Below are positions 11,401 to 23,347 of a stretch of DNA of 51,520 nucleotides, one piece after another. The stretch is from Pelomyxa schiedti (Eukaryota > Protista > Evosea): positions 1-51,520 of the forward strand of contig JAHLWZ010000286.1 of assembly GCA_020536535.1 (NCBI GenBank). The letters are read 5' to 3'. A program made the position numbers and the translations under genes. The first letter of the stretch is position 1. Each line of letters opens with the position of its first letter. The notes under the pieces were generated by a model. It was not told the DNA's origin. It worked only from the letters and a program-made list of their open reading frames with translations, and ran no database searches.

Positions 11401-14400
11401 ATACCTTCTTGCAGTTATTTCTTTACTTAACCTTATGTTAAGTTAAGCGAGCTAGAATTACTCTATATAAAGAGGCACAAGAAGTAAAGGATAGTATGTT
11501 TCGCTCTCTCCCTTTTAACTGCAGTGAGTGTTGTCATAGAGCTGATAGAGCTTGAAACCCACACTGAAGAAGAACGGCACCAAATAGAAGAGGAAGAATA
11601 CAAGAAAGAAGTCGCAGAGATGAAGGCCAAAGAAAAAGAGAAACAGACCAGTGCAGCTGAAGAGAAAGAAAAGCTCAAGAAGAAGGAGGAGGAAAGACAA
11701 ATCCAACAACTTGCCAATAAAGCAAAAGATTGGAGCACCAAAGCAATTGAATGGAAGTGGAAAGCTGAAACAAATGGAATAAAATTCGTGGATTGGTTAA
11801 TAAGTACACTGCAAGAACCTATGCCGGACCAACAACGAGTTTTTCCCCCATCCCCTTTCCGCTTTACTTAAAAATCGTAGATCGATCTCGCAATGGAGGA
11901 TCTCGGTTTTCAAGAGAAGGAAAGTGACGCTGAAGAATCTGTGCTTGATGAAATTAGTGCATTGGCAGCCGGTGACGAATCTGTCAGCCTTGCTCGCATG
12001 ATAATTGACAGTGATTTGGCGGCTGACACCCTTGAAGAGTTGGTTAAAGAGCACGAGCAACGAAGAATAGTCAGGCTTGGTGCTGCACTATTTTACCAAG
12101 CTTCTCGTGCGTCAAAGTATATATGCTACTTTGCCATGGCTTTGAACCATTTTGTTTATGCCAATCTTCTGTCCCTTGTTTTTCTTATTTCTGCGTTTGC
12201 CTATGCCATATTGCACAGGGCCCCTAGGCCATGGAAGGTTCACGCCTGTCTGTACTTTAAAGTGCATTTCTCTCACTATTTTTAAGACATTCTGGAATTT
12301 CGTTGAGCTTTATACAACGGTCATTATTTGCCTGAAGTTCTTATTCCAGATACCTGGTTTCTGCACATGTCATGCATACGAATGTGATATCTGGTATTTC
12401 AATGTTGACAGGTAAGCTTTTCACCCCTCTTCACCCCTTCTTATTGTGCAGTATTTTGAACCCCTCCGATGATGGTTTTTGTCCAGCCACTGACCCAACC
12501 TGCTCGTACGGGGAGAGCACGGTACTGCCTCTTTCGTTACCTTTCCTAGTTGTAATCTGCAATAGTATTCGTGGCTGTTTTCTCCTCCCTACTTCTTTGG
12601 CATCATCTTTGTAGATGGTGCCTTTTTCTGGGGATGTGTGTTTGATATGTTTGTTATCCTTACCATTCTTTTCCATAAAATGCAAATGTCTGCTAGGGTC
12701 AGTTCCCAATATCGCCACCTTTGTAGGCTGACACAAAAATAGGGGACCTGGCAAGCCCCAATGCTCCAACTGACTTTTGATTTGAAGCACCGAGTGGAAC
12801 AATTCCTTCATAAACAAGAGAAAAAGTTTTCACAGATGCACTACAGTTTGAAGTTGAGCAAATATGTCGTACTCGGTGATGAGGTAACTGAGGCACAAAG
12901 TTTCTTTTCTAACCAATGCAGAGTTCATCAGAAGATGAATTTAACAGTGCCTCTATGGTTAGAGCTTTCCTGATCTAAATTTCAAAATTTCCTAAAGACA
13001 CATAGAGGCCAACAGAGCCCACTCCAAGTTCATCTGCGACGACGGAACCTAAGTTCGAAGATTCTTCGGAGTCCTCAATTGCCTTCGTGGATGACAAGTA
13101 CTCTTTTTCGTTTAAATTCATCATCTCAGTATGTCCAAGTACCCAGAAGGATAAAGAGGTAGCAAAGAAAGGAGTCGCAAAACTATGGTACAACATTAAG
13201 CATTCAAAGCAAATCTTGTACCTCCGTCGTGAGTTCGACATCCTCCTACACGACTCAACAAAGATTGGCAAAGACCTCTACACGCCGCTCTTTGTGATAG
13301 GTATGCACGAGCAACCTTGCTGTACTTCTAAGTTTATGACAAGATCTACTTTGCTTTGCCTGGCTTGTCTTATTTCAGTCTGCCTTCACTGGGGAATCTG
13401 GGGGGTTTATTGACGTGCGCTCTTTCATTTATCTCTCTTTTGAAAACCTTTGCTTTACAGTTTCTGTTGGAGAATTATGTGCCCCTTGCGTGGGTGATCA
13501 TACTCATAGCACAATTTACTATAATTCTCGTTGATCGAGTCATTTGGGTAAAACAATCTCTTGTTGCAAAGGTTTTGATCTTGATGGAGAGAAGTCTTTA
13601 CGCTAATGTTATTTCAGCTCCTTCTACAATACTTTACGCTTTTGTTATATTCTGCTGCTCTCTTTTGGTACTTGCCATACCTCAACAATAAGCCCTTTTC
13701 GGAAGTTCCTTCCTTGATGGCAATGTTTATTTTGAAGTGTTTTTACTGGGCGTTCTCAGGACTTCAAGTAGCTAACGCTGCACTATCTTCACTGCTTTAA
13801 CTTTCTTTAGATTGCGTATGGTTATCCCGTTCTGAACTCGGACCGCCTTTTGATGCGCAGTTTCCAGGCTATTCCTTACCTAATATGTGTGATCATTATT
13901 TTGAGGCTCCCTTTTAACGGTTATTTTTTCAGTTGTTGGTTATCGGGCAATCCCTTTTGGCTATGAGCTAAGGACAATTATTGACTGGGCCCTCCTCCCA
14001 ACTACTCTGAACTACTACAACTACTTTAAAGTAGAAGACATATATGCCGAACTTTACATTGACAAATGCAGTATGTTAAGTTATTGTTGAAACTTTATTT
14101 AAAATTGTCACAGGAGTTATAAGCGAGGAAAACACTGGGAGGGGACTTGGACAGCCTCGCTCATTGATGGAGCGTCTAAAAATGGGGGTATCAAGAAACC
14201 CTTTTTTTTTTTTTTTCTGTCTGAGACTCTTAGACTGGTTGGATTGTAATGATATGTGCAATTATGTGGTTCCCTCTATTGTTGTTGAGTTCTGGGTCAC
14301 CAACTAATTACACTCCACTGGTGTCCTCATCTACCATCGATATTTGTGTGTTAGTTTTTTTTTTTTTTTTACCTATTAATTCCTCCAGCAATCAAGGGTT

Positions 14401-15452
14401 GGACTCCTTTTTATTCCCAAGTACAATATTCTGGCATCACAGAGATTACTGGTTCTGCCTTTTCAGATTTGAGAGAAGGACGGACCTTCATTGAGAAAGA
14501 TGACTCTGATCGGACACAGCAGGCCCTTCTCATACCTGTATGTCGTTGCTAATCTTTTCAAACAAGTGAGCCTAAGCCGTTCTCTTAGTATACATCGCAA
14601 TACTGGGATATAACTGAACCTAGCCGTGCTGGGCTCATTTCTGCTCTCAATGACAGCGAAACAACTGCTGTGGAGTTGTACACTTATCTCTATTTGACAC
14701 GTCCGTCAGATGAAAATGGGGAGATGCCTTTTGAGTATACTGCTTCAATATCCTCAAAAGAGGCATCACAACTGTACTCTGTATTAGTAAATGGAGAAGG
14801 TAGCGCGAGTCTGACCAACTGGTTCCCCCGATTTTTGCGACTTCCAAGTACAGATGGAGATATAGAGTAAACTTTCTATTCCGATTTGCTGGCCTTGCTT
14901 ATTTCCTACCAGGATTCTTGGTGAAGAGTATATAAATATAACAGTTACACTTGTGGACGGCATTTATTGGACGCTTAATCAATTGCAAGATGATGAATTT
15001 ACCGAAGAAGAGGTCCAGCTGTACTTCCTTTGCTATCCCATACCTTCAGGACTGACCGAGTCAATTGCATCAATGGGAATAATCAGTCTTTGTATGCCGC
15101 TAACATCCAATGACCCTTAATACTAACAAACTCACTTTAGACGTAACTGTTGTGCTTGCATTGGCCACAATGATTAGAGGGACAATATCAGGTCTGTCCC
15201 ACACTGTGATGTTCGAAAACCTTCCCTACTGTGACGACTTACTTCAGCTTTGCAAGGTTACCACTCCTCTCTCATAACAACTCCCTCACACCAGCATAGG
15301 ACATCATGCTTGCCCGCCAAGACGGCGACCTCATACTGGAGGAGCAACTATGCAACGAATTGTTCCAACTCTACCGCTCTCCAGCCCTGCTAATCGAGAA
15401 GACCAAACTACCACCCGGCTACAAGCCTATCAAACCCGTGAAGACCGAGTAA
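5479..15452 (+). CDS. PIEZO: Piezo-type mechanosensitive ion channel, many short introns
   Basis: N-terminal LLPLALASGFCLRANIFSLVYLL, many TM bundles, signature YRAIPFGYELRTIIDW..FKVEDIYAELY (~13940-14070), C-terminus GIISLYVTVVL..MFENLP..LLQLCKDIMLARQDGDLILEEQL..LYRSPALLIEKTK. Confidence 0.95.
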
Positions 15453-15593
15453 TGAGAGCGAGTATCTACTTGTCTAAGTATCTCAACACTACACCCAACC
15501 TTTTCTTTTTCAGTCGAATTGTAATAGCCTCTTTACACATTTCCGTTTCGTTTTGCATTTTTCCGTGGTAACTTAGTCCCTGTCCATCAAGTG

Positions 15594-16998
15594 ATGTTGC
15601 GTTTTGAGGATATTCTCCAGTGCCAAGAAAGTCTGAGGTACATAGCAATACAAACGCCCGTCTACGAAAGTCCCTATTTCAGCAACAAATGTGGGTGTAG
15701 TGTTTTCCTCAAGTGTGAGGTTCCAAAGACTCTTCTCCGCGTTATGTGTGACTCTTTTTTTTTTTTTTTGCCCTCGCGTGTTTTTCCTTCCAATTTGCCA
15801 GCATGGACACACGTTTTCACTTTGAGCCATTGGTTCAATCTGACTCCAGTTACTACCGAATAGAATTTGCAGAAAACTGGCTCTTTTAAGTTACGTGGTG
15901 CTGCCAATGCTGTGAGAAAACAGAGCATCAAGGCTGGTGTTGGAAGGCCCAAGATGATTGTGGCCTGTTCCGCTGGAAATCATGGATTGGGGTATGCTTC
16001 CCATTATAGTGAGTATTCTTTACTTGTCGTAGTCCTAACCCATTCCAAGAGTAGCACTCTCTGCATCCGTGTTTGGCATTCCTGCCACTATTGTTGTTCC
16101 AACATCCACACCAGATGTCAAAGTCTCGAGTATCAAATCGCACAAGGCTCATGTAGAACTACACGGCTCTGAATATGATGACGCAGAGGTTTATGCCAAG
16201 CAACTGTGTGAATCATGTTCACTAAGATTTAAATCTGATGCCCAGCACAGTGCGGCGACAATACCAGGCGCACATTTCATCAGCCCTTATAATAATTATG
16301 ATGTTATGTGCGGTCAAGGGACAGTGGGACTGGAAATCATGCAGGTGATACCTGACGCTGTAAGATATATCCCTCTCGCTTTCTGTGCTATATATTGCTC
16401 TCAATAGCAAGATATAATCATTCCAGTTGGAGGAGGAGGTCTCTTTTCAGGTGTTGCTGTTGCCGTCAAGGTAAGGTCACTTCCATCCCTCCAAGGTAAT
16501 TCGAGCACGGGCCACAGGCAATGCATCCAGATGTCAGACTATGGGGTGTCCAGCTAGAATCATCTCCAGTAATCTGCGAATCTCTAAAAGCGGGTAGAAT
16601 AGTTCCAGCCTACCCACCCAGTCCCTCGATTGCCGAAGGCCTGCAGGGGGGTGTGGAGTATGACTCCGTTACATTCCAATATGTGCAAAAATGTATCTCT
16701 TACTAGACATTGACAGCTTACTTATGTACACTACTAGATGTCGAAACTCCGATGCTTCTGGTGAACGATACAGAAATAAGAACAGCCATGTCAGAGGTGG
16801 CTTTTGAGCACAGATTCCTTCTAGAGGGTTCTGGTGCTGCCTCACTTGCTGCCCTCACAAAGTATTCCCCTTTGTTCTCAGGAAGAAAGGTATTCAAGAT
16901 TCCCCATCCACGACTCACCACTTTAATAGGTTGTAGCAATACTCTCTGGCAGTAACGTGAACCCTGACGTAATAAAAAGCATTATAAATGACCCCTAA
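15594..16998 (+). CDS. PLP-dependent threonine/serine dehydratase (TdcB/serine-racemase-like, fold type II)
   Basis: FLKCENLQKTGSFKLRGA (PLP lysine), SAGNHG, GQGTVGLEI, PVGGGGL, EGSGAA, LSGSN. No ACT regulatory domain. Confidence 0.93.
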
Positions 16999-17102
16999 AC
17001 TCTGAGACGGGTCAGAGTTTGCCTCCAGAACCTCTTACGAGAAAATTTTCTTCGAAGAAGATACAGAAAAATCACCCTCTGTTTCGTTTCCCAAATTCGC
17101 GA

Positions 17103-18466
17103 ATGGACGACAAAGGAGCAAACGTGGTTCTTCGGCCAGCACTACAGTCAGATTGTGCCTTAATTCACTCCTTCATAGTGCAGCTCGCCGGTACTTGTAA
17201 CTCCAAAGAAGGCCCACAACACAATATTTTACTGTGTCTACCAAAACCAATTTTAACCGTTCTCATTCACATTGGCTTGTATCCTCAGAATACGAGCATG
17301 AACTTAACTCAGTATTGACGACCGTTGCTGATTTGGAGCGAGACGGCTGTTTCTGTGAGCCGAGCGAAGGCCGGAATTCCGTGTGCCAATCCCATACTTA
17401 CTACTTCCGGGCTGTTCTGGCATACCTGGGTGATCAGCCAGTTGGATTCGCACTATTCTATGATTGTTACACTGAAGTGGGTGCAACTGTCTATCTGGAG
17501 GATTTATATGTGACTCCGGCTGCCAGGTGCAACTTAATTAAATTCACATTTTGTTTTGTGGTTTCAGTGTTCGGAATGTATTATTATTAACTGGCATTAA
17601 TTGCTTGACTGTCGATGTCGAGCGATAAACTATGTACGTTTGGCTGATTAACCGAATTGTACAGGAAAAGAGGGATTGGAGTGAAGCTCTTCATGGCTGT
17701 TGCAAGTCATGGAAAGAAGTTGGTTTCTCCAAACCCCGGGAAAGTCCGGCTTCAAGTTTTGGATTGGAATACTTCCTCCATCCAATTTTATCATAGCCTT
17801 GGAGGGTCTCACTGCAGGGACATGTTGCTATACAGATTTTATGCATCAGATATAGAATCTCTTATGCGGCGAGATTTACCTCCCGACGCTTCTGCCTACA
17901 CAATAAAAGAAGCTACTCCTCAGCATCTGCCACTAGTGCAGGAATTGATGGCTTCCTGTACAGGTTCTCCCCATCCTCAAGCACGCAATTAGTAAAATAA
18001 TCAAGGAACGAGCCAACAAATTAACGGGCACACCCCTTCTTCACTGGAACGGTATGGCTTTTCTGGAAATTCTATTTTCAGGTGTGTCTGGTAGATTTAT
18101 CCGCGGCACTTACCAAAAGCAGGATACACATAGCATATGTTGATGGTGTTCCCACAGCCTATTCTCTGTCATATCCCTCTTATAGTACCTGGCATGGTAG
18201 ATGTAGAACCATTGAAGAGCTCTATTGCAAACCTGGAACCAGGTACTTTTTTCCTATGTTGTATGCATTTCATTTATTGCCTTCAACACAGTACCACTGC
18301 ACTACAAGTACTACTGAAGCAACATGCATCAGAAGCCCCAAGTGCCAATCTGAGAAGACTGGTTGTGTTTTCACACTCCAGCAACACCACACTGCAGAGC
18401 ACCCTTACACAGTTGGGTGCCACCTTCCTCCCAACATGGTTCACCTATTCCTTCTCCTTCGACTGA
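17103..18466 (+). CDS. Tandem GNAT protein, diamine/thialysine N-acetyltransferase (SSAT)-like
   Basis: Domain 1: LRPA..D..LI..LAEYEH, VGFALFY, YLEDLYV.PAARKRGIG, VLDWN..FYHSLG. Domain 2 starts YTIKEATPQH and carries YSTWHGR..IEELY. Confidence 0.85.
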
Positions 18467-18578
18467 ACAACCAAACACGAAAGAAACCTGCGATCAATAT
18501 CCAGGGGAAAAAAAAGGATTCCTTGTTTTAAGGTCCAGTTCCTATTTGAAAAAGCTCTCATCCCCCTTGCAACTATTT

Positions 18579-19628
18579 TCAACAAGCCAGGGCAGCACAA
18601 ATAGCAGCAATGTGTTGCGGGGTGCTTCCGCAGCAGGCTCCAATGTAATTCACCCCGATCCCGCGCATATCCCTCGCGAACGCGGCCATCTGCTCCGGCG
18701 TCCCGCTGTAGTGCATTTCTCCGGTGGCCGCGTCCACACTCGGTAGCCCCGCATTGGCCTGCGCCATCAGATAAATCGCTTGCTGCCCAGTGCCAGGCCC
18801 AGACTCGGGGGTGGTGCTACTGGAACCGCGGGGCGTGGCGCCGAGGGCGTCCCTGGCGGCGCACATTTCGCGCATGACTTTGGCGGTCTCGTCGGCGCCC
18901 GAGCCGCAGTTGGCGCCGACCAGGGCGAGGCCCAGCTCGGCGGCGAGGCCCACGAGGGCCTTGGGCGTGACGCCCATCAGCGTGCGGCCGCGGCGCTCGA
19001 ACGACATGGTGGCGGCCACCGGCAGGCCCGGCGCGCCCTCGCGGCACCCCAGCACGGCCTCCCGCACCTCCTCCAGCGACGACATGGTCTCCACCAGCAG
19101 CATGTCCGCGCCGCCCCCGCCCAGCGCCGCCGCCTGCTCCCGGAACGCCGCCCGCGCGTCCGCGGGGGCCAGCGGGCCCAGCGGCTCCAGCAGCGAGCCG
19201 GTGGGGCCCACGCTGCCGGCGGCCAGGGGGTGGGCCAAGGGGGTGCCGGGCAGCGGGAAGGGCCGCTGCGAGCACGAGTGCTTGGCCAGGGCGGCGCCGG
19301 TGCGGTTGAGCGAGTCGACGCGCTCGGGGGAGCCGAGGGAGTGCAGGGCCAGGCGCATGCGGTTGCCGCCGAACGTGTTGGTCTCGACGACGCAGGCGCC
19401 GGAGCGCAGGTACTCGTCGTGGATGGCGGACACCAGCGGGGACTTGGCCGCGTCGGCGTTCCAGGCCTCCGGGCACTCCCCGCGGCCGAGCCCGCGGATC
19501 TGCAGCTGCGTGCCCATCGCGCCGTCGCCTATAATGACCCGCGAACCGCCGCTGAACAGGGAGCTGAAGAAGGCCTGGTCTCGTTCGTAGGCACTTGTCA
19601 CAGCGGGTGTGTCGGTTGTTGCACTCAT
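18579..19628 (-). CDS. Stand-alone homocysteine S-methyltransferase domain (MetH Hcy-binding/Bmt-like), intronless
   Basis: 349-aa ORF with DGAMGT, ETNTFG, AGSVGPTG, ETMS, GANC, ANAGLP and GACCG (three Zn-binding Cys). Confidence 0.93.
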   Translation of the reverse strand: MSATTDTPAVTSAYERDQAFFSSLFSGGSRVIIGDGAMGTQLQIRGLGRGECPEAWNADAAKSPLVSAIHDEYLRSGACVVETNTFGGNRMRLALHSLGSPERVDSLNRTGAALAKHSCSQRPFPLPGTPLAHPLAAGSVGPTGSLLEPLGPLAPADARAAFREQAAALGGGGADMLLVETMSSLEEVREAVLGCREGAPGLPVAATMSFERRGRTLMGVTPKALVGLAAELGLALVGANCGSGADETAKVMREMCAARDALGATPRGSSSTTPESGPGTGQQAIYLMAQANAGLPSVDAATGEMHYSGTPEQMAAFARDMRGIGVNYIGACCGSTPQHIAAICAALAC

Positions 19629-19676
19629 TGTTTCTAGCGTTTTATCGGAAATCTCAATGAGTTTTTTTTATAAACA

Positions 19677-21813
19677 ACCGGTGGCTGCACATCTAAAACA
19701 GTTGTCCCGCTCGCTCCTTCACCTACGCCTAAGCTAGCAACTGTTACTACAACGATACAAGTGTGGAGGAGCTGCAAACGGAAGTGACACTCAACAATAA
19801 CCCCGAGGCCTTGTACTACCTCGCCAGCAACTTCTTCATTGGCAGGGGCGTCCCCGCCGACGAAGCCAAGGCCGTGTCGCTGTGGCAAAAGTCAGCACAG
19901 GCCGGCTGCACAAGGTCCATGTCCGCGCTCGCCCGCCACCTTTACTGCAACTGCCTAGGCAACTACCACGACATCAAGAGAGCCCGGGACATGTACCAGG
20001 CCGCCGGCGACGCCCCAGGTCTCGTCCACATCTCTCGCGACTACCGACGCCGACATGGCCGCGTCTGCTCTGCGAACGGCAGCCGACATGGGCGAGGCAA
20101 CGGCGAAGAGGGAGCTAGGCAAGTGCTACAGGACGGAATCGGCGTCGAGAGCGACGCAGTGGAGGCTGCGTCGCTATACAACACGGCATTATCGGACCGC
20201 GATGCGATGACGCTGCTTGGCGTGTGCTATCTGAGGGGGGAAGGCGTGGAGAGGGACTGGGCTAAGGGTGTGGAACTGATCCGGAATGCTAGTGACAGAG
20301 AGAGGGCAATAGACTTTTGCACGGTGCACCTTGGATGGTGCTACCTTCGTGGACTGGGTGTCGAGAAGGATGTGAAAAAGGCAGTGTCAATATTCCAAAG
20401 TGCTTCAAATCATGTGTATCCAGCTACAAAAGGGCTGGCTCAGGCTTTTCTTGGGCACTGCTATGAAAGAGGTGAAGGAGTTGACTTGGACATCGTTAAA
20501 GCTCAAGTCTTGTACAGAGAGGCTGCGAAACACTACAAAGAGGGGTTTGGGGTGTGGGGTTGAATTTTCAGAAAATTGATTCTGATATGAAAGAGGCACT
20601 ATTATTTTTCCAGAGGGGGGCCAATTGTGGTGACACTACTTCCTTGTTTAACCTTGGAATATGTCTAAAAGATGGTCATTATGTTGAACGGGACTTGCCC
20701 GGGGCTCTTCTGTATCTGGAACGTGATGCTTGTTTTGGTCACAAAGGAGCAGCCAAGGCTCTTGCTGAGCTGCGTGACTCTGCACTACTGCCCACAACTT
20801 TAGGAAGTAACGGTGCACAGATGCAACAATTGAAGACACTAAAAGAGCATGTTGACTCTACCAAAGAAAGACTGACAACACATATTAGAGAGGTGGCTGA
20901 AGAGGGGAAAAAATGGCTTTCACTTATGTTATCTCGACTTGAAAACTTTTTTAATTAATGCAACTGCCTATCTCGTACAAGAAAATATAACACGAGAACA
21001 GGTTTGAAGGAAAATTCCCCAACACACTTTTCTTACAACAATGCAGCTCCAATGCGAAAACATCAGACTGAAGGCATGCATAAAGGACCGAGATGAGTGG
21101 ATTAATCAGGAAAAGGATATCACCACTAGCTTGAAGAGAGAACTCAAAGAAGAAGAGGAAAAATCCAGAAGATATCAGGTATTTGTACCTTATTTCCCAA
21201 ATAACTCATAAATTAAAGTGCATCATTGGCACAATGACTTCACTTATATCAGCAGATGTGGCTGATTTCAGGGTGAACCAACTCCTTGGTACGGGTTCTA
21301 ATTCAGCGGCATTTAAGGTGCTGCACCATAGCATAGTACTGTCTGGTCTTTCTCAAGGTGAGGAAACCACAACTACCAGTATGGTGATGAAGGTTGTTTT
21401 CAACTGGGAGAATACACCACGACAGACACTGCTGAGGCAGAAATACCTTGCTGAGTGTGTAACTCTGTCATTGGTGCCGCATCACCCAAATATCATACAT
21501 CCCCTTGGCGCAATCATTCTTCCAAGGTATTTTTAGATCAAACACATGCTTTTTTACTTTAAGAGGCTGCCACCAGAATATACAAATAAAATTCCAGAAG
21601 GAAAACCATTCTTCAGAGAACTCAGCACATTCCTAAAGAGACTTGCGGGCCGCTGTGCCATGTTCTCCTTCCCAATCACCATCCCCATAACAGCCACCAG
21701 CCCAGATCATCCCAAAACATTGCAAAATAGTTGAAGTGCTCGTTGGCATGATGAACCCCAACAAGGCCTCCAGGCTATCAGCAGCACAAGCAACCAAAAT
21801 GCTCAACACATAG
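19677..21813 (+). pseudogene. Decayed Sel1-repeat / coiled-coil / protein-kinase gene
   Basis: Sel1 repeats (LGVCYLRGEGVERD, LGWCYLRGLGVEKD, LGHCYERGEGVDLD) are broken by several frameshifts. The kinase N-lobe (LLGTGSNSAAFKV, VMKVV, HHPNIIH) runs directly into the C-terminal helix (GMMNPNKASRLSA) with no HRD or DFG. No ATG at the expected start. Confidence 0.75.
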
Positions 21814-21980
21814 GCCACTTCTTACTCAAAAAAAAACCCTATTTCTTTTTATTGAGGACTGTTTATTCAATCTAAAATGGGTGGGCATTTGGTTTTATTG
21901 TACGGCACTAAGTGCCTGCTCTTGGTGTTTTTAAGATCTTGGTGCAAAGTGACATGTTATTTGATATTTTGTGGTAAAGG

Positions 21981-22680
21981 ATGAAGTGTGCTTTTAGCAT
22001 ATTATTGGTGTGGGTTGCGTTATGTTCATACGTGCATGCAGTATACCGCGTAGAAAACTACTACAGCAACAGATGTGAGAAAGATCTTCCTCCCTTATGC
22101 GCCTTACTTTTTTCTAGATTGCCACGGTCACGTTGAGTTTACGTATGTGCGACATAAAGATCCCTGCGACTGCCCATGGACTTGTGAACAGAACACAGAG
22201 ATACCATACTACTGGGAATTCTGCATGTGCGTGTCCGACGTCGATTTCGATGACATCTTCCTGGCATCCCCGTATGTTCTCGCTATATTCCCCTCTTACT
22301 CGCTGTCCCTCGCACTCCTCAACGCCGCAAACAGATGGGTTGCGCAGACGCATGGATACGACACCCCGTCGTGCGGCGGCGCGTACAACGAAGCCCTGGT
22401 CCTGCCGAACAACACGTGCACGGAGATCATCGACCACACGTACAGGAGGTTCACGTGCACAGGCCACGAGGTCCAAGTAAGTGTGTGCGACGGCACCGAG
22501 TGCGAGGGCACCTGTGACGAGAGCCTGTTCCCACTGGACTCGTGTGTCCCGGATCTTGACACCTACCAGCGTTTCGCTTGCACGTCGGCATCATGTGTTC
22601 CTCCTGTGTTTATTAGTATCGCAGCCGTTGTGACAGTGGTACGTATCACCGTTCTTTTCAGTTTCTTACAATTTCTCTAG
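21981..22680 (+). CDS. Small secreted Cys-rich protein, probably GPI- or TM-anchored
   Basis: Signal peptide MKCAFSILLVWVALCSYVHA, repeated YxxxxCxG-type units, hydrophobic C-terminus. Confidence 0.65.
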
Positions 22681-23347
22681 GTTTCTCTGTTATTCTAATA
22701 ACAAAAGAACAAAGTGTTTTGAGAAAAAAAAAGTTGTTTGAGTTTACATAAAAACACTCGGTTGTTGGTACGGAGTAGACCAAAGGGTCCAGGCTGTTGC
22801 AAAAGGGAACGAAAAACTGGTGCTCACGCAGAAAGATCCCCTGCCAACACAAAAAAAGAGGAGTCCACGTTGAATCGGATTGCCAATCTTGTGCCAATTC
22901 GAGCTGCCGCAAGGCAACACTGAAATGACGGGGAGGGAAAGAAAAGAATAGAAGAAAGAGTAGAGGGAAGAGGACGAGAACGAAGAGGGGGGAGTTGATG
23001 CACGGTACGCTGAAAGGAAAGAGAAAACCAGGCTAAACCAGCTGATTGGGCTGGTCTGCTTTGATCCTCTCAGTCTGTTCTGACATACAAATGTTTACCC
23101 CCCTCCCCACTCCCGCTTCGCTTCTCCCTCTGGCTCCCACCTCCATTTGAGTTTCTCTTCTTTGCCCCCCTACCACCCCACTTATCCTCAGCACGCAACC
23201 CGCAAGCCTTTTTCACCACGTCCTCCCACAATTCATTGGCAGGCAGATCAACACCAGCTCTTCCGTCCCCCGTTTTGCTTCGCATAGCATAGCATAGCAT
23301 CGCAGCAACAGCCCCAGGGCCCCACAGTTCCCACTCCCTCACTCCCC

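Noticed and set aside
5479-15452. Fragmented ORFs read as alternative genetic code, frameshifting or many small genes
   Set aside because: Where checked, short GT-AG introns restore continuous frames under the standard code.
18780-19570. High GC alone as proof of recent transfer or contamination
   Set aside because: Native genes here also have GC-rich first exons (e.g. 27600-28000, 50300-50870).
18780-19637. Long antisense and alternative-frame ORFs (285, 266 and 219 aa) over the HMT gene
   Set aside because: Shadow ORFs of a very GC-rich CDS; Gly/Ala/Arg-rich with no motifs.
22658-23342. Short ORFs and a (TAGCA)n run downstream of cortexillin
   Set aside because: Low-complexity, purine/pyrimidine-skewed UTR-like sequence with no recognisable protein.
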